A DNA stretch of 64,000 nucleotides from Octopus vulgaris (taxonomy: Eukaryota). The stretch lies in NCBI GenBank assembly GCA_951406725.2, contig OX597826.1:40548001-40612000 (forward strand). The letters are read 5' to 3'. Every line of letters starts with the position of its first letter. The stretch's first letter is position 1. This document shows positions 26,271-38,286 of this stretch, in pieces. The position numbers and the translations under genes were made by a program. The notes below the pieces were generated by a model. That model saw only the letters and a list, made by a program, of their open reading frames with translations, was not told where the DNA came from and searched no databases.

Positions 26271-29200
26271 CTTTGATCACTTCACTTTGGCCGACCAGTC
26301 CGTCAGGCGTCCATTTGATACCGCTGGTCACAGCACGCTGTCCACTCCTCTCTGGATCGCGCCTCTCTCATCCACGTGATCCCAATCGTCCTCTTGAAAT
26401 CGTAACTCCACCGTCGTGGAGGTCTTCCGGGTGGTCTTTTCCGCTCAAGCGGGTACCACTCGACAATTGCTTGCGTCCACCGATTATCGGTGAGCCGGGC
26501 GACGTGTCCAGCCCATCTATACTTGCTGCGAGTATACGCTGCGATGACATCTCTCACGCCGGACTTCTTTCTGATGATGTTGCTATTTATGTGCTCTCTC
26601 AACGAGATACCAAGCATTGACCTTTCCATGGCTCTTTGAGCCGTTATCAGTCTTTGCTCTTCTCTCTTTGTGGTAGCCCATGTTTCACTACCATATAACA
26701 TTGCAGGCAGAACTGCACTGTTAATGAGGTTGGCGCGGGTGGTCCTGTCCAACCTTCCCTTGAGCACATCTCTTATGCCATTGAATGCCTTCCATCCGGC
26801 CCTTACTCTCCGTGAGATCACCTTTTTGATATCCCGGCACATATTTACTTCCTGTCCCAGGTAGACATATTCTCTCACCTCCTCTATTTCATCACTGCCG
26901 ATCACCATTCGACCTGTTGGTACGTTGTCTGACCGCATGAACTTTGTTTTCATGCGGTTCATCTTGAGACCTACTGCAGAACTTTTGATGTCGAGCTCCG
27001 TCAGCATGGTCTGAAGCTGATCCATGTTTTCAGCGATGAGTACGATGTCGTCAGCGAAACGGAGGTGAGTGAGGAGCTCGCCATTGATGTTGACACCACC
27101 TTGCCATTCGATGCCTCGGATGATCTGTTCGAGACATGCAGTATGGGTGATGACAGTAGAGCTATGTCGGTGGTGCATCCGGAATTTGCCTCTCTGAGCA
27201 ACTGCACATATTGCGCTTCGATTCCTTGCCTCTGCAGCGAGTTCAGCACTGCGTTGGTTTCGACGCTATCGAAGGCCTTCTCATAATCTATAAACGCAAC
27301 GCAAAGAGGCAGCTTGAAATCATTTGCTCGCTCAAGCAGTTGCGTTAGAGCAAATATATGGTCCATTGTGCTGTAGTTCTTCCGGAAGCCTGCTTGCTCC
27401 CTCGGTTGTTGTTCGTCGAGACGACGTGACAACCTGTTCAGAATTATCTTCGTGAACAGCTTGTACACGTGAGACAGCAGGCATATGGGTCGGTAGTTCT
27501 TTAGATCTTCTCTGTCGCCCTTCTTATACAGCAGGATGGTATTTGACTCTTTCCACTGCGAGGGAATTCTTCCCTCGTCTAGATAGTGCGTAAATCGCTC
27601 AGCGAAGATTTTCCAGAGATGCTCTCTGCCTGACTTTAGCACCTCCGATGTTATACCGTCTTTCCCTGGAGCCTTTCCGTTTTTCATCGAGCCGATGGCT
27701 CTTTCAACCTCACTGACAAGGATAGGTGGCACGTTTTCTTCCTGTTGGAGTGGTGGTAACGGCTGGACATTTCTGGTAGACTTAAAGAGCTTGGTGTAGA
27801 AGTCTTCACAAACTTTTTCCATCTCGCTCTTCTCGTTGACCGGTATTCCATCTGTATTTTTCAGAGCCGTCACCTCCGATCTATATAGTACCATGTCCCT
27901 CTTGCATTTCTTGAGGCTCTTCTTTTCCTCTGCGGCCTTTAAGAGCTTCTCCATCCGGTATGCCTCAAAGTCTTTCTTTAGTTGCTGACGGATCACTCTG
28001 CTGAGAATGGAATATTCAAGGTAATCTTCAATAGTCCTCTTCATATTTTTCCTCTTCTCGAGTAACTTCGTAGTTTCTTCCGAGAGTCTTCCCTTCTTTT
28101 CTCTTGGGCATACACCCTTAGCCTTCCTTAAACACTCCTTCAGTTTCCCTATCAGTGAGTTGTAGTCATCGTCTATGTCGTCTCCTTGGCACCAGTCATC
28201 CTGCAAGATGGCTTCCTGCAGCTTTGCCTCGTTGTAGACTCGGACACGTTTTCCCTTCGACGCCAAATATAACGTCATCTTCTCCCTCTTCTCGTCGATG
28301 ACGACCCTCGCCCTTACCAGACGATGATCGCTGCTGGTGTTGAATGGCGTCACGACGGAGACGTCATGCAATATGTGTCGCTTATCAACCAGGATGTAGT
28401 CGATCTCGCTTCGGTGCTTAGAGTTCGGCGATATCCAAGTCCATCTCTTCCTCTACCTCTTCCTGAATAGGCTGTTTCCGATGTAGAGCTGCCTCGCCTC
28501 TGCCATGGTAGCCAAACGTTCTCCTCTCTCGTTTCTCTCTCCCATGCCAAATCTCCCGACGTATTCCTCTCCTTGTCGTCCATGTCCAACCTTTGCGTTA
28601 AAGTCTCCCATCACGACAGCGTAAGTGGACTTCATAGCCAACCCTTTGTCTAGTTGTCGATAGAATTCTTCCACTTCGTCGTCGTCGCTGGCACTTGTGG
28701 GGGCATAGGTCTGGACAATCTTGAGGGTGGCCTTCCCTGAGAGGTTCACATTTAGTACACCAATCCGTGATGATATGAAGTGGCAAGAAGCAACCCTCGA
28801 AGCCCATTCCTTACTTACGATGAATCCGATACCTCCGACCGATCTAGCACCTTCTGCTCTTCCTAATCTCACAATACATCCATCTTGCCATCGTATACTC
28901 ACTTCCTTCTTCCAGCGTGTCTCGCACAGCCCTAACACGTCGCACTTGATCTTCTTCCTCTCCTCCATTAGGTGGTTCAGTTCTTGCCACCCTGCCATAG
29001 ACCTGCAGTTGTAGGTGCATATGGCAAGTTTAGTCCTGTTCCATGACGGCTTTCGGGAACCTGTGATTCTTAGCAGCCTCTCGTCGCTCGAGTTGCACTC
29101 CGCCGTCATGGAGTGGCCCGATTGACGTGCAGGGTACTGAGGCCCTTTTCCTTTTCTCTTCGTTCTTCGTGCTGTTTTAGCCATAAGATGACGCCATCCC

Positions 29201-29423
29201 ACTGGCTGGGCGGGCAGGCCGGTATTTTGTTGGATGGCCGTTCACTCTTCAGGAGTTCATCCGTTCTTTGTTGGGTCTTATTTTTCCATCCCACAGGGAG
29301 TTCAACAGCACCCTCCTCACCAAGTGAACCTGGTAGGGTTGTCAGTTTAGTTGCCGACGTCCCGACCATGCAACAGGTTGTACTGGATTACATGTTACCA
29401 GTAGCACTCTAGAGCGACCTGAC
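26266..29423 (-). mobile_element. Near-full-length RTE-clade LINE (APE endonuclease + RT) inserted in (TA)n
   Basis: ICTYNCRS, LGLCETR, YAPT, MGDFNAKVG, IDYIL, SDHRLV, KAPGKDG, NYRPICLL, EQAGFR, FIDYEKAFD, LRFADD, YVYLG, LYGSETW; short aagtg-repeat 3' tail; 5' UTR of about 240 nt. Confidence 0.96.
26303..29184 (-). pseudogene. RTE ORF disrupted by one in-frame TAG (28453-28455) and a frameshifting deletion near 27142
   Basis: ORF pieces 28453..29202 and 27001..28371 are in the same frame; the expected GVxQGD RT motif is missing between SSPI and TACLE. Confidence 0.88.
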
Positions 29424-29429
29424 ATAAAT

Positions 29430-29507
<78 letters not shown>

Positions 29508-29625
29508 ATAAAACGGTAAGATAACAAAAGAAAGAAAGAGACCTCAATATTATGTAAATAGAGGAAATTTATCTATACAATATGTTACATTACTCGGTAG
29601 TCAAGATAAAACTCTGAGTTTCTGA

Positions 29626-31083
29626 GTGCAATGGTCCAATAGTATAGAAGTCGTAGACTGGTTTAAAGCTATTAAGAATAAGAAAAAGGCGAGGTTTACA
29701 CAATTCGATATTGTTGATTTTTATGCCTCTATCTCTAAAGAACTGCTAGATAAAGCCCTAATCTTCGCTAGTGATTTCATAGAAATTAGTACCAATGATA
29801 AGGATATAATCTTCCATGCTAGAAAGACATTACTTTTCAGTGAGAATGCAAAGTGGGTAAAAAACACCGACACGGAGGGCGCTTTCGATGTGAGCATGGG
29901 TTCATATGATGGGGCAGGCATCTGTGATCTAATTGGACTCTTTCTCCTAGATACCTTCAGTAAGACATTCCCTAACGTACATTTTGCCATCTACAAAGAT
30001 GATGCCCTCGCCTTAACAGCTAATACAAATGGACCAGCACAAGATCGTTTTAGGAAGGATATTATCCAGTTAATGAAACACTTCGGACTTAGTATAACTA
30101 TAGACACTAACCTGACGGTTGTCAATTTCTTAGACGTTTCCTTAGATCTTAATAATAATATTTATAAGCCTTATAGGAAGCCCAATGATAGACTTAGTTA
30201 TATTAATGTAGGTTCATGCCATCCCCCTATAGTATTCAAAAATTTAGTTAAAAATATTAGTAAGAGGATTTCTAGCCTCTCATCTAATGAGGACATCTTC
30301 AATAGCGTTGCCCCAGTTTATAATAAAGCTTTAAAAGATAGTGGTTTTAGCGAAAAAATAAAATATACACCTATCACCAGCCCAACAATAAGGAAAAGGA
30401 ATAATAGAAATAGGAAGGTCATCTGGTTTACGCCCCCTTACTCACCCGAGGTGGCCTTCAATATAGGTAAATATTTCCTAGCACTGATAGATAGACATTT
30501 TCCAGTTAACCATGCTTATAGGAAACTCTTCAATAGACACAATTTAAAAATTAGTTTTAGTTCAACTACCAATTTTAAAAACATAATCAATCATAACATA
30601 CAAAAAACACAAGAAGAAAACAGCTGTTCATGCAGGAATAAAGAATTGTGCCCGCTAAATGGAGCTTGCATGTCCAAGACCATCATATATGAAGCTACCG
30701 TAAACTCTATAACCACTAAAGACACCGTTTCGACGAAGAAATACGTGGGCCTGACAGAGGGTAATTTCAAGGCCAGGTTCAATAACCACACTTTGAGCTT
30801 TAGGCACTGGAACAAAAGAAAAGCGACACAATTATCCAATCATATTTGGTCTTTAAGAGATAAAGGTGTCGATTATAACATACAATGGAAGATTTTGGCC
30901 AGATGTAAGCCCTATACTAACGGCAGCGGAAGGTGCGGTTTATGCGACATGGAGAGATGGCTTATCTGGAAAAGCAGCTTAGACCCTACCACATGTCTAA
31001 ATACAAGGACAGAGCTTTTCGGATCATGCCCACATGTGACTAAATTTCTGTTACGTTTTTGGTCCCCTAAAGAAAACGGATAG
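29626..31083 (+). CDS. PLE reverse transcriptase + GIY-YIG endonuclease, N-terminally truncated open frame (485 aa)
   Basis: FDIVDFYASI, MGSYDGA, YKDD, NFLDVSLDL, CSC..CPL.G.C, IIYEATV, KYVGLT..FKARF..H, CGLC, LN.RTE..CPH; no true ATG start. Confidence 0.85.
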   Translation: MQWSNSIEVVDWFKAIKNKKKARFTQFDIVDFYASISKELLDKALIFASDFIEISTNDKDIIFHARKTLLFSENAKWVKNTDTEGAFDVSMGSYDGAGICDLIGLFLLDTFSKTFPNVHFAIYKDDALALTANTNGPAQDRFRKDIIQLMKHFGLSITIDTNLTVVNFLDVSLDLNNNIYKPYRKPNDRLSYINVGSCHPPIVFKNLVKNISKRISSLSSNEDIFNSVAPVYNKALKDSGFSEKIKYTPITSPTIRKRNNRNRKVIWFTPPYSPEVAFNIGKYFLALIDRHFPVNHAYRKLFNRHNLKISFSSTTNFKNIINHNIQKTQEENSCSCRNKELCPLNGACMSKTIIYEATVNSITTKDTVSTKKYVGLTEGNFKARFNNHTLSFRHWNKRKATQLSNHIWSLRDKGVDYNIQWKILARCKPYTNGSGRCGLCDMERWLIWKSSLDPTTCLNTRTELFGSCPHVTKFLLRFWSPKENG

Positions 31084-31277
31084 AACATGCTTTCTGTGTT
31101 ATGTCCCAAGAAGATTTTATATATTTTTATATATTTTTATATATTTTTATGTATTTTTATATAATTTTTATGACGAAAAATGCGAGCGATGTATAAGTAC
31201 GCAGGCAAAGCAGAGTTATAACAGAGTAATTTCCCTTCATTTTTAACGGTTTTTTTACATAACGTTTTCAAATAGCC

Positions 31278-31340
31278 AGATAACCGAAGAGATGGTGTTG
31301 TGGATTTCCACTTCGGCATCTGAAACTCAGAGTTTTATCT
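31278..31340 (+). ncRNA. Variant type I hammerhead in PLE pLTR
   Basis: Stem I agataa/ttatct; core CCGAAGA; stem II gatg/catc plus an extra T; GAAA; ctc-a-gag; GTT triplet. Confidence 0.6.
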
Positions 31341-32576
31341 TGACTACCGAGTAATGTAACATATTGTATAGATATATATATATATAGATATATATATACA
31401 TATATATACATACATATGTATATATATATCGTTTACGTCATTACTTCAACCTCCGAAATTTTCTATCCAAAACAGTTTTTTAACTCAATTTTTACATGCT
31501 ATTATTTAGTTTTATCCACTTTGAAGCAAATGTGCGCGTGTGTGTTTGTGAGAGAGAGAGTGGGAGAGAGAGAGAGGGACAGAGAGAGCGTGCGTGTGTG
31601 TATTAGGTGCGAAAGCAAATCAGTGAAGTGTCGAACACGTATCTTGTGTTACTTAATTACATCCCTTTACTCTCAGATTAACTTCGCCTCTTTCTTCCCA
31701 GCTCGATACAGTAAGCACCAAAGTTTATAGAATCGAACGTAACTGGTGCTATACTAGAACTGCTTCTACTTAATAACTGAAACCAGTGAAAGAATGAACA
31801 GAGAAAATTATTATTTCTCTGCACCCAACTTGTTCACGCTTTTGTGATAGGCATGACCACGTAATTCCAGTTTGCATTCTCTAGATTAAAAAGATTTTGC
31901 TGTTTGTTTGCAAGAAGATGAATCATCTTATGATTTAAATAACCTGTGAATAAAATAACTCTGGTTATTAAACAACAGTTCAAATAAATTTAACTCAACA
32001 TCAATTATTTATAGCTTCAACAAACGAACTTCATTTTACGATAATATTGCGTGAAACACTTCCAACAATTTTCTCTAACGCCATGAAAATATTCAACTGC
32101 TAGCTGAAACTGTCAAAGTTATTAAAGAATACATTACTATTCCTTTTGATGATGTTCTGGAAAATCGAATATGTTTTGATGATAAAACTAAATATGATGC
32201 AAGAGAATTTCCTCCATGATTTATAAAGTTGTATTTAATACTATGATTCAAATATTTTCTTTTGATATTTCATATACTGAACAACTTCTTGAAGTATTGC
32301 AACATAAATCTATGGCTGTCATTTTAGTTTTATTATTGTTGAAGGAATTCTTGCTAAAGCCCTAGAAATAGGGGAAGTTGCTTTTGATGATATTTGGAGT
32401 TTGATGGGAAAAACAGTTAGTGATTTTCCTTCCGGAATAAGAGCCAAGAATGAAGTTCGAAAAAGCCCGCCATTTACCGAATATATGATGAATATGTGCT
32501 TCGCCGAGGGGAGAAGATGTCTGTTTGGCTTCGCTAGGTATGTTGGTTATGTTTATTTATGATGTGTTCAGAATCT

Positions 32577-32640
32577 GTTCTACTGATGAACAAAAGACGT
32601 ATTTAATACGTTAATTGCGAAATCACAGGTGATATAGAAC
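32577..32640 (+). ncRNA. Type I hammerhead ribozyme
   Basis: Stem I gttcta/tagaac; CTGATGA; long stem II (caa...acgta/tacgt...ttg); GAAA; stem III tcac/gtga; ATA triplet. Confidence 0.8.
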
Positions 32641-32888
32641 TAAATTCAGTTTTTTAAATGTCTTGCTTCGAGAGCTGCATTCGGTATGATTAGTTAAATT
32701 TTGGTAGTAATGACTTATGTCCCTCTTAGCGTGTGGCATTTATGTGTAATAATGCCCTCTATACAATATAAATAAATATTTTCAAGTGAAAAACTTATTT
32801 TCGGATTTTTTCTCTTATGAGGTTTTTCACGCTAACTACCTGATAATTTCTTGTTAAGATTCCTTATTAAGATTTTATCCTTAATTGT

Positions 32889-33091
<203 letters not shown>

Positions 33092-33606
33092 ATAGTGAGA
33101 GAATAGAGATAGAAGCTCACACACGCATACATATATGTACTAAATCAGAAGCAATAATTAAAGTTTAATTAAACCGAAATTTAAGCACACAAATTACTGG
33201 TGACATGGTTAATATTACTTCCACAACTGCACTGCCGCAGCAGCCGCAGCAGCAGTAGCCGCAGCAGCAGCATCACAACAATCGCTACCACCACCATTAC
33301 CATTATAACTGCTACCACCTACATCACTACCTCTATCAACACCAACAACTTCACCACGACTACCACCACTGATAAGATATATCAAATGCACATGAAGAAA
33401 TCAACAACAGAAATAAAAGAAGAAAAATCATGAAAATAAATAAGAATGTCAGCTGGTAAATATCGCCATATTGTTTTGGCATATAATACTGCAATTGTCT
33501 TATAAACTAGAGATTTTTCATTTTTCTTGTTTTAGCCGCAGGTAAACATTTCAATCAATAGATTACGTATGGAATCTAATATGTTTTGAAGGCTGATCTA
33601 TATATG

Positions 33607-33745
<139 letters not shown>

Positions 33746-33984
33746 ATACATATATATACATATATAAATATACACATATATATATGCATACATAAATACA
33801 TATATATATATGAACACACACACACACACATATATGCATGCACATTTCAATGCATACATATACATAACATGCGCTAATACACATAAACATATTTACTTAT
33901 ATAGAAATTTATGCATACGTTTTGATTGCGTCTTTTTTTTTAAATATTTTTTACAGTTATATGGATAAATGTTTATATATACAT

Positions 33985-34027
<43 letters not shown>

Positions 34028-34710
34028 GAGAGAGAGAGGCGCTCATATATATGCGTGTGTATGTGTATATGTAGCTCTAAATGCTTATATAGTTATTCCT
34101 ACCTACGTAAATGCACACATATAAATATAAATATAAAAACACACAGACAAACTCACAGTCACATATTTTTTTACATTTACCACACAATATCGTACACCAA
34201 TCTATGTTTTTCGGTAAAATATAAAAAATAAAACCAAGCAACAACAACCAAGAGTAAAAAAAGAAGCAATCCACCATTATATCTCAGTAACTTAACAAAC
34301 AACATACGTTTTAAATTATGTCTTATTTTTAGCGTTTCATTTTTTGTGAAAAATTTTGTCACAGTTGTATTTAGTTTATTCATATCATCATTCTATTTGC
34401 CATTATTTTCACTTCAATTAATCTTGTAGAAAGAAACAATGTTGAGGTTTTAACCCTTTAACACCTGACATTTATATCTGATGAACCCAACATAACTGCT
34501 GTACGATATACAGCTGTTGATAATTTATGTATTTTGTATCGCAAATTGTGAACAACGGTGTCTTTGCTTACTGGTTTTTTGATGGACCAAATACGGGTTC
34601 GCTGAATTGTGTCGTGATATGAGTGAAAAATGAGAGTGAGCAATTCAGACGGAAGAAATATTTTGTTCGAAATACTCGTCTTTTTATTACAGGTAAAAGA
34701 ATTCCCAGTG

Positions 34711-34866
34711 TTTGTAAATATGTGGTTGAGCGGGTGTGTTGGTTGAACTGTCCATACATTATGTGCGCATGCATATATATGTATGTTCATACATACATAT
34801 ACATGCATGCACACATAATGCATGGACAGTTCAACCAACTTCCCAGCTCAACAACATATTTACAAA
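34711..34866. repeat. Imperfect ~75-bp-arm palindrome
   Basis: tttgtaaatatgtggttgagc...gttggttgaactgtccat pairs with atggacagttcaaccaac...gctcaacaacatatttacaaa. Confidence 0.85.
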
Positions 34867-35784
34867 TTCTTTTAACTCAGAAAGTCTTGTCTCTTTGTTA
34901 GCAACCGGCTTGATCTCTCTGAAGGACTTAAATAGAACTCAAAGAAAAATCATACTTACATACATAATACATACATACATACATACATACATACATACAT
35001 ACATACATACATACATACATACATGCATACATACATACATAAATACATACTTATAAAAGTAAGCGTATACACATCCACTCATCAATGGCGATTCTTGGTC
35101 CTTAAACTAGAGTATATAACAGTAAAAAGTCAAAATCATATCAATGCGGGAGGGTATATATAACATGTCAAAATCAGATTTACATTCATTTTCTTATGTT
35201 TATGCAACATCAAAACACCTTGCATCACTTGGCGACCATTTATTGATAAGTTAAATAAAGGCTTAACCAAAAAATATATTATTGTGTCTGGGGAGAGTCA
35301 TTCTCTTTTAGTGCCTCATTAATCTAACATATTCACTCACAGGCCTGATTTCCATTCATTTACTTATTTAGTTTTTTATGGTGGCAAAAGACTGGAAAGA
35401 ATTATCATAGTGAAAGTGTGGAACAGGAATAGGACTTTGTTGCCATTGTTTACCCAAAATATTGAGTTTCTTAAAGAACACTAAGGGACATGGTGCTTCA
35501 AATAAGTTTGCAGAGATATTTCTTTATGTTCTGCTATTCTACAGATTTTAAAATCATAATAAAATAGTTTATAAAGCAAAAAATGTTCTTATATTGATTT
35601 AGCTCATTTATCAGATTATCTTTTTCGAAAATTTGTGTTTTTCAAAATATATTGTGCCTGCTTCAACAAAGAATAGCAGAGCGATTGTTAATAGTCACAT
35701 CAGCATAGATTTGTCACCTGAAAGCATATTTAGCAAAAATGAAAACAAAATATCAATTAATGAACCTTTCTAACTTGAATTATT

Positions 35785-35989
35785 TACTCTCTATTACTCT
35801 TTTACTTGTTTCAGTCACTTGACTGCGACCATGCTGGAGCACCGCCTTTAGTCGAGCAAATCGACCCCGGGACTTATTCTTTGTAAGCCCAGTACGTATT
35901 CTATCGGTCTCTTTTGCCAAACCGCTAAGTGACGGGGACGTAAACACACCAGCATCGGTTGTCAAGCAATGCTAGGGGGACAAACACAG

Positions 35990-36058
<69 letters not shown>

Positions 36059-36228
36059 CATATATACGACAGGATTCTTTCAGTTTCCGTCTACCAAATC
36101 CACTCACAAGGCATTGGTCGGCCCGGGGCTATAACAGAAGACACTTGCCCAAGATGCCACGCAGTGGGACTGAACCCGGAACCATGTGGCTGGTTAGCAA
36201 GCTACTTACCACAGCCACTCCTGCGCCT
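35785..36228 (-). mobile_element. CORE-like tRNA SINE, family C, full length
   Basis: Collinear with 15160-15586; expanded internal (TA)n; possible TSD tatttac. Confidence 0.92.
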
Positions 36229-36744
36229 ATTTACAAATAACTTTGGATTAAAACATTTAAAGAAACATTTAGTAGACATCTATTTATAAGAAACTTAAAT
36301 GTTTACTTACATCGGAAATATTTATTTCAAGCATTTTCCTATTAAGAACTGTTTATGACACTTCCTATTCATACAACTCAAATCTTTCCTGTCGTATTTC
36401 AGCCTTTGGCTCTTGGCGACAAAAGATCAAAATCTGCAAAAACTTCAGTTTCATATTCTTCAAATATATAAAACTGTGTAAAACAGGATTTTCTTCCAAA
36501 AAATATATCAACAGCATCAGGAAAAAAATAGGGCATAGATTGGTGGAAATTCTTGCAATCTATATTTCATATTTTAACAAAATTTGCAAAACCATATTTC
36601 AGTTATTTGTCTTGCGTGTGTGTGTATGTGTGTGCGCGCGCGCGTACATGTGCGTGTGCGTGTGTATGCTTGTGCATGTGTGTTTATATGTATCTACTCA
36701 TCTCTCTTTATTTATATGTATGTATATTTAAATATACATACAGG

Positions 36745-37185
36745 ATGTGAAGGAAAGGAAGTTGTAAATCTAGTCGAGTTAACGGTTCCTCATGGACGCC
36801 GCTCGGGCTCGAAAGATTGACTGTTAAGTTAATCTCCTCGAGGAATGTGAAGACGCACGCTGGAAAGCGGAGCATTTTTCAATCGAAGTCGGGTGTAGAG
36901 GGTTTATTGGACACAGTGTGAGACGACTTTGTTATCGTTAGGCCTAATTCATCGTAAGGTAAATACCACCGTGACCAATATCCAAACTACAGTGGAGAAG
37001 GCTAGCCACTGGATCTGGTTAAAAAGAGACGATGAGCGATGGCTAGAGAAATATTGAACTATATTTAATAACCAGTTGATCTAGCAAGTGGGGCCTTATA
37101 TCAGTGAGTGGGGCCGGTACGCATTCATGCCGTTGAGAGGTAGGCCCCGAAACGGCGCGCATTCTCTCCTGATGACACTATACAC
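36745..37185 (+). mobile_element. Hero/NeSL-type (RLE-bearing) non-LTR retrotransposon 3' end
   Basis: LVELTVP...WKAEHFSIEVGCRGFIG...EKASHWIWLKR matches restriction-like endonuclease C-terminus; followed by 3' UTR. Confidence 0.8.
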
Positions 37186-37299
37186 TTGGTAGCTTCCAGT
37201 ATGCGGAGTTCTCGACTGGTAGCACTTGCATGTGCAAGTTGTTTGCAAGACATATATCTTATATATATGTGTGTGTGCGCGCGCGCGCGTGTGTCTGTG

Positions 37300-37532
37300 T
37301 CTGTGTCTGTGTCTGTCTGTCTATCTGTGTCTTTGCGTCTGTGTTTGTTTCCCTATCCTACCATCACATGACAATAAATGTTGGTGCGTTTGAGTTCCTA
37401 TAACTACGCGGCTCGGCAAAAGAGACCGATAGGAAAAGCACTAGGCTTACAAAGAATAATTCCTGAGGTCGATTTCTTCGACTAAAACCCTTTACAGTGG
37501 TGCTCCAGCACGGCCGCAGTCAAATGACTGAA
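37300..37532 (+). mobile_element. Family C SINE, 3' half, diverged
   Basis: cggcaaaagagaccgatagg...gtgctccagcacggccgcagtcaaatgactga. Confidence 0.8.
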
Positions 37533-38074
37533 CCATCACACTGTACAGTTCTATGGAGTACTACCTTTTTCCGTGACAGACAAAATCCTAAAAGTACTCA
37601 GTATGACAATATTATGTTGGGAGTGTGTAGAATGTAATATATGTTAGTTTATAAGATAACGTATATCTCCTTCTTTTATTCCTTTTGTAAGAAATCCATT
37701 TCATTAAATCTATTTTAAATGGCCACTAATTAACCAATTAAAAAACGCAATAAATTAAACCGGAAATACCATTCCCATTATTTTCTCTTTTTAAAATTTT
37801 TTTTCATCTTTCTTTATTTTTATTTTCTGTTCGTTGTTATTTCGCCTTGATTTGATTTAGAAATTATTATTTATTATTTTTGAAAATGAAAACAGAATCT
37901 TATAAAGTAAAAACATAAAATGAAATACATAATGGCGGCGAATAAAGACTATTGAGATCATTTTTATAAAGAATTGGTCACGTGATACAAATGTATAAAC
38001 TGAGAAATTGAGTAATTGATTGGTAGCCAATGGAATACACAAACACACAAATACATACATAGACTTAAATGTGT

Positions 38075-38115
<41 letters not shown>

Positions 38116-38286
38116 GAGAGAGAGAGGGGGGTATGTATACATGTATGTGCGCGCGAGTGTGAATATGTTTCTATATACACTAAAACAGGAATAGGAACCA
38201 GGATGTTTTCCTTTATTGGTTACTACGAGAACGATTTCAGAAAAACAGGATATATTTTTAGATAAACAATCTTGACAGAACCATTA

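Larger units (their letters stand above)
29506..31373 (+). mobile_element. Penelope-like element (Naiad-type), 5'-truncated with inverted pLTR copy
   Basis: 29571-29622 is the exact reverse complement of 31322-31373; RT + GIY-YIG ORF between them; (TA)n on both sides. Confidence 0.92.

Noticed and set aside
29626-31083. Selenoprotein-encoding Naiad
   Set aside because: No in-frame TGA in the ORF; cysteines are conventionally encoded
33515-33546. Plus-strand 6-nt microexon (ttttag|ccgcag|gtaaac)
   Set aside because: Such signals arise by chance in AT-rich DNA; no supporting context
34450-34470. TTAA|CCCTTT piggyBac-like end
   Set aside because: No matching right end or transposase found
37129-37175. 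Hammerhead-like pieces in Hero 3' UTR (gccg-tt, gaaa-cggc, ctctc-ctgatga)
   Set aside because: Strand order is not a valid circular permutation and no stem II follows CTGATGA
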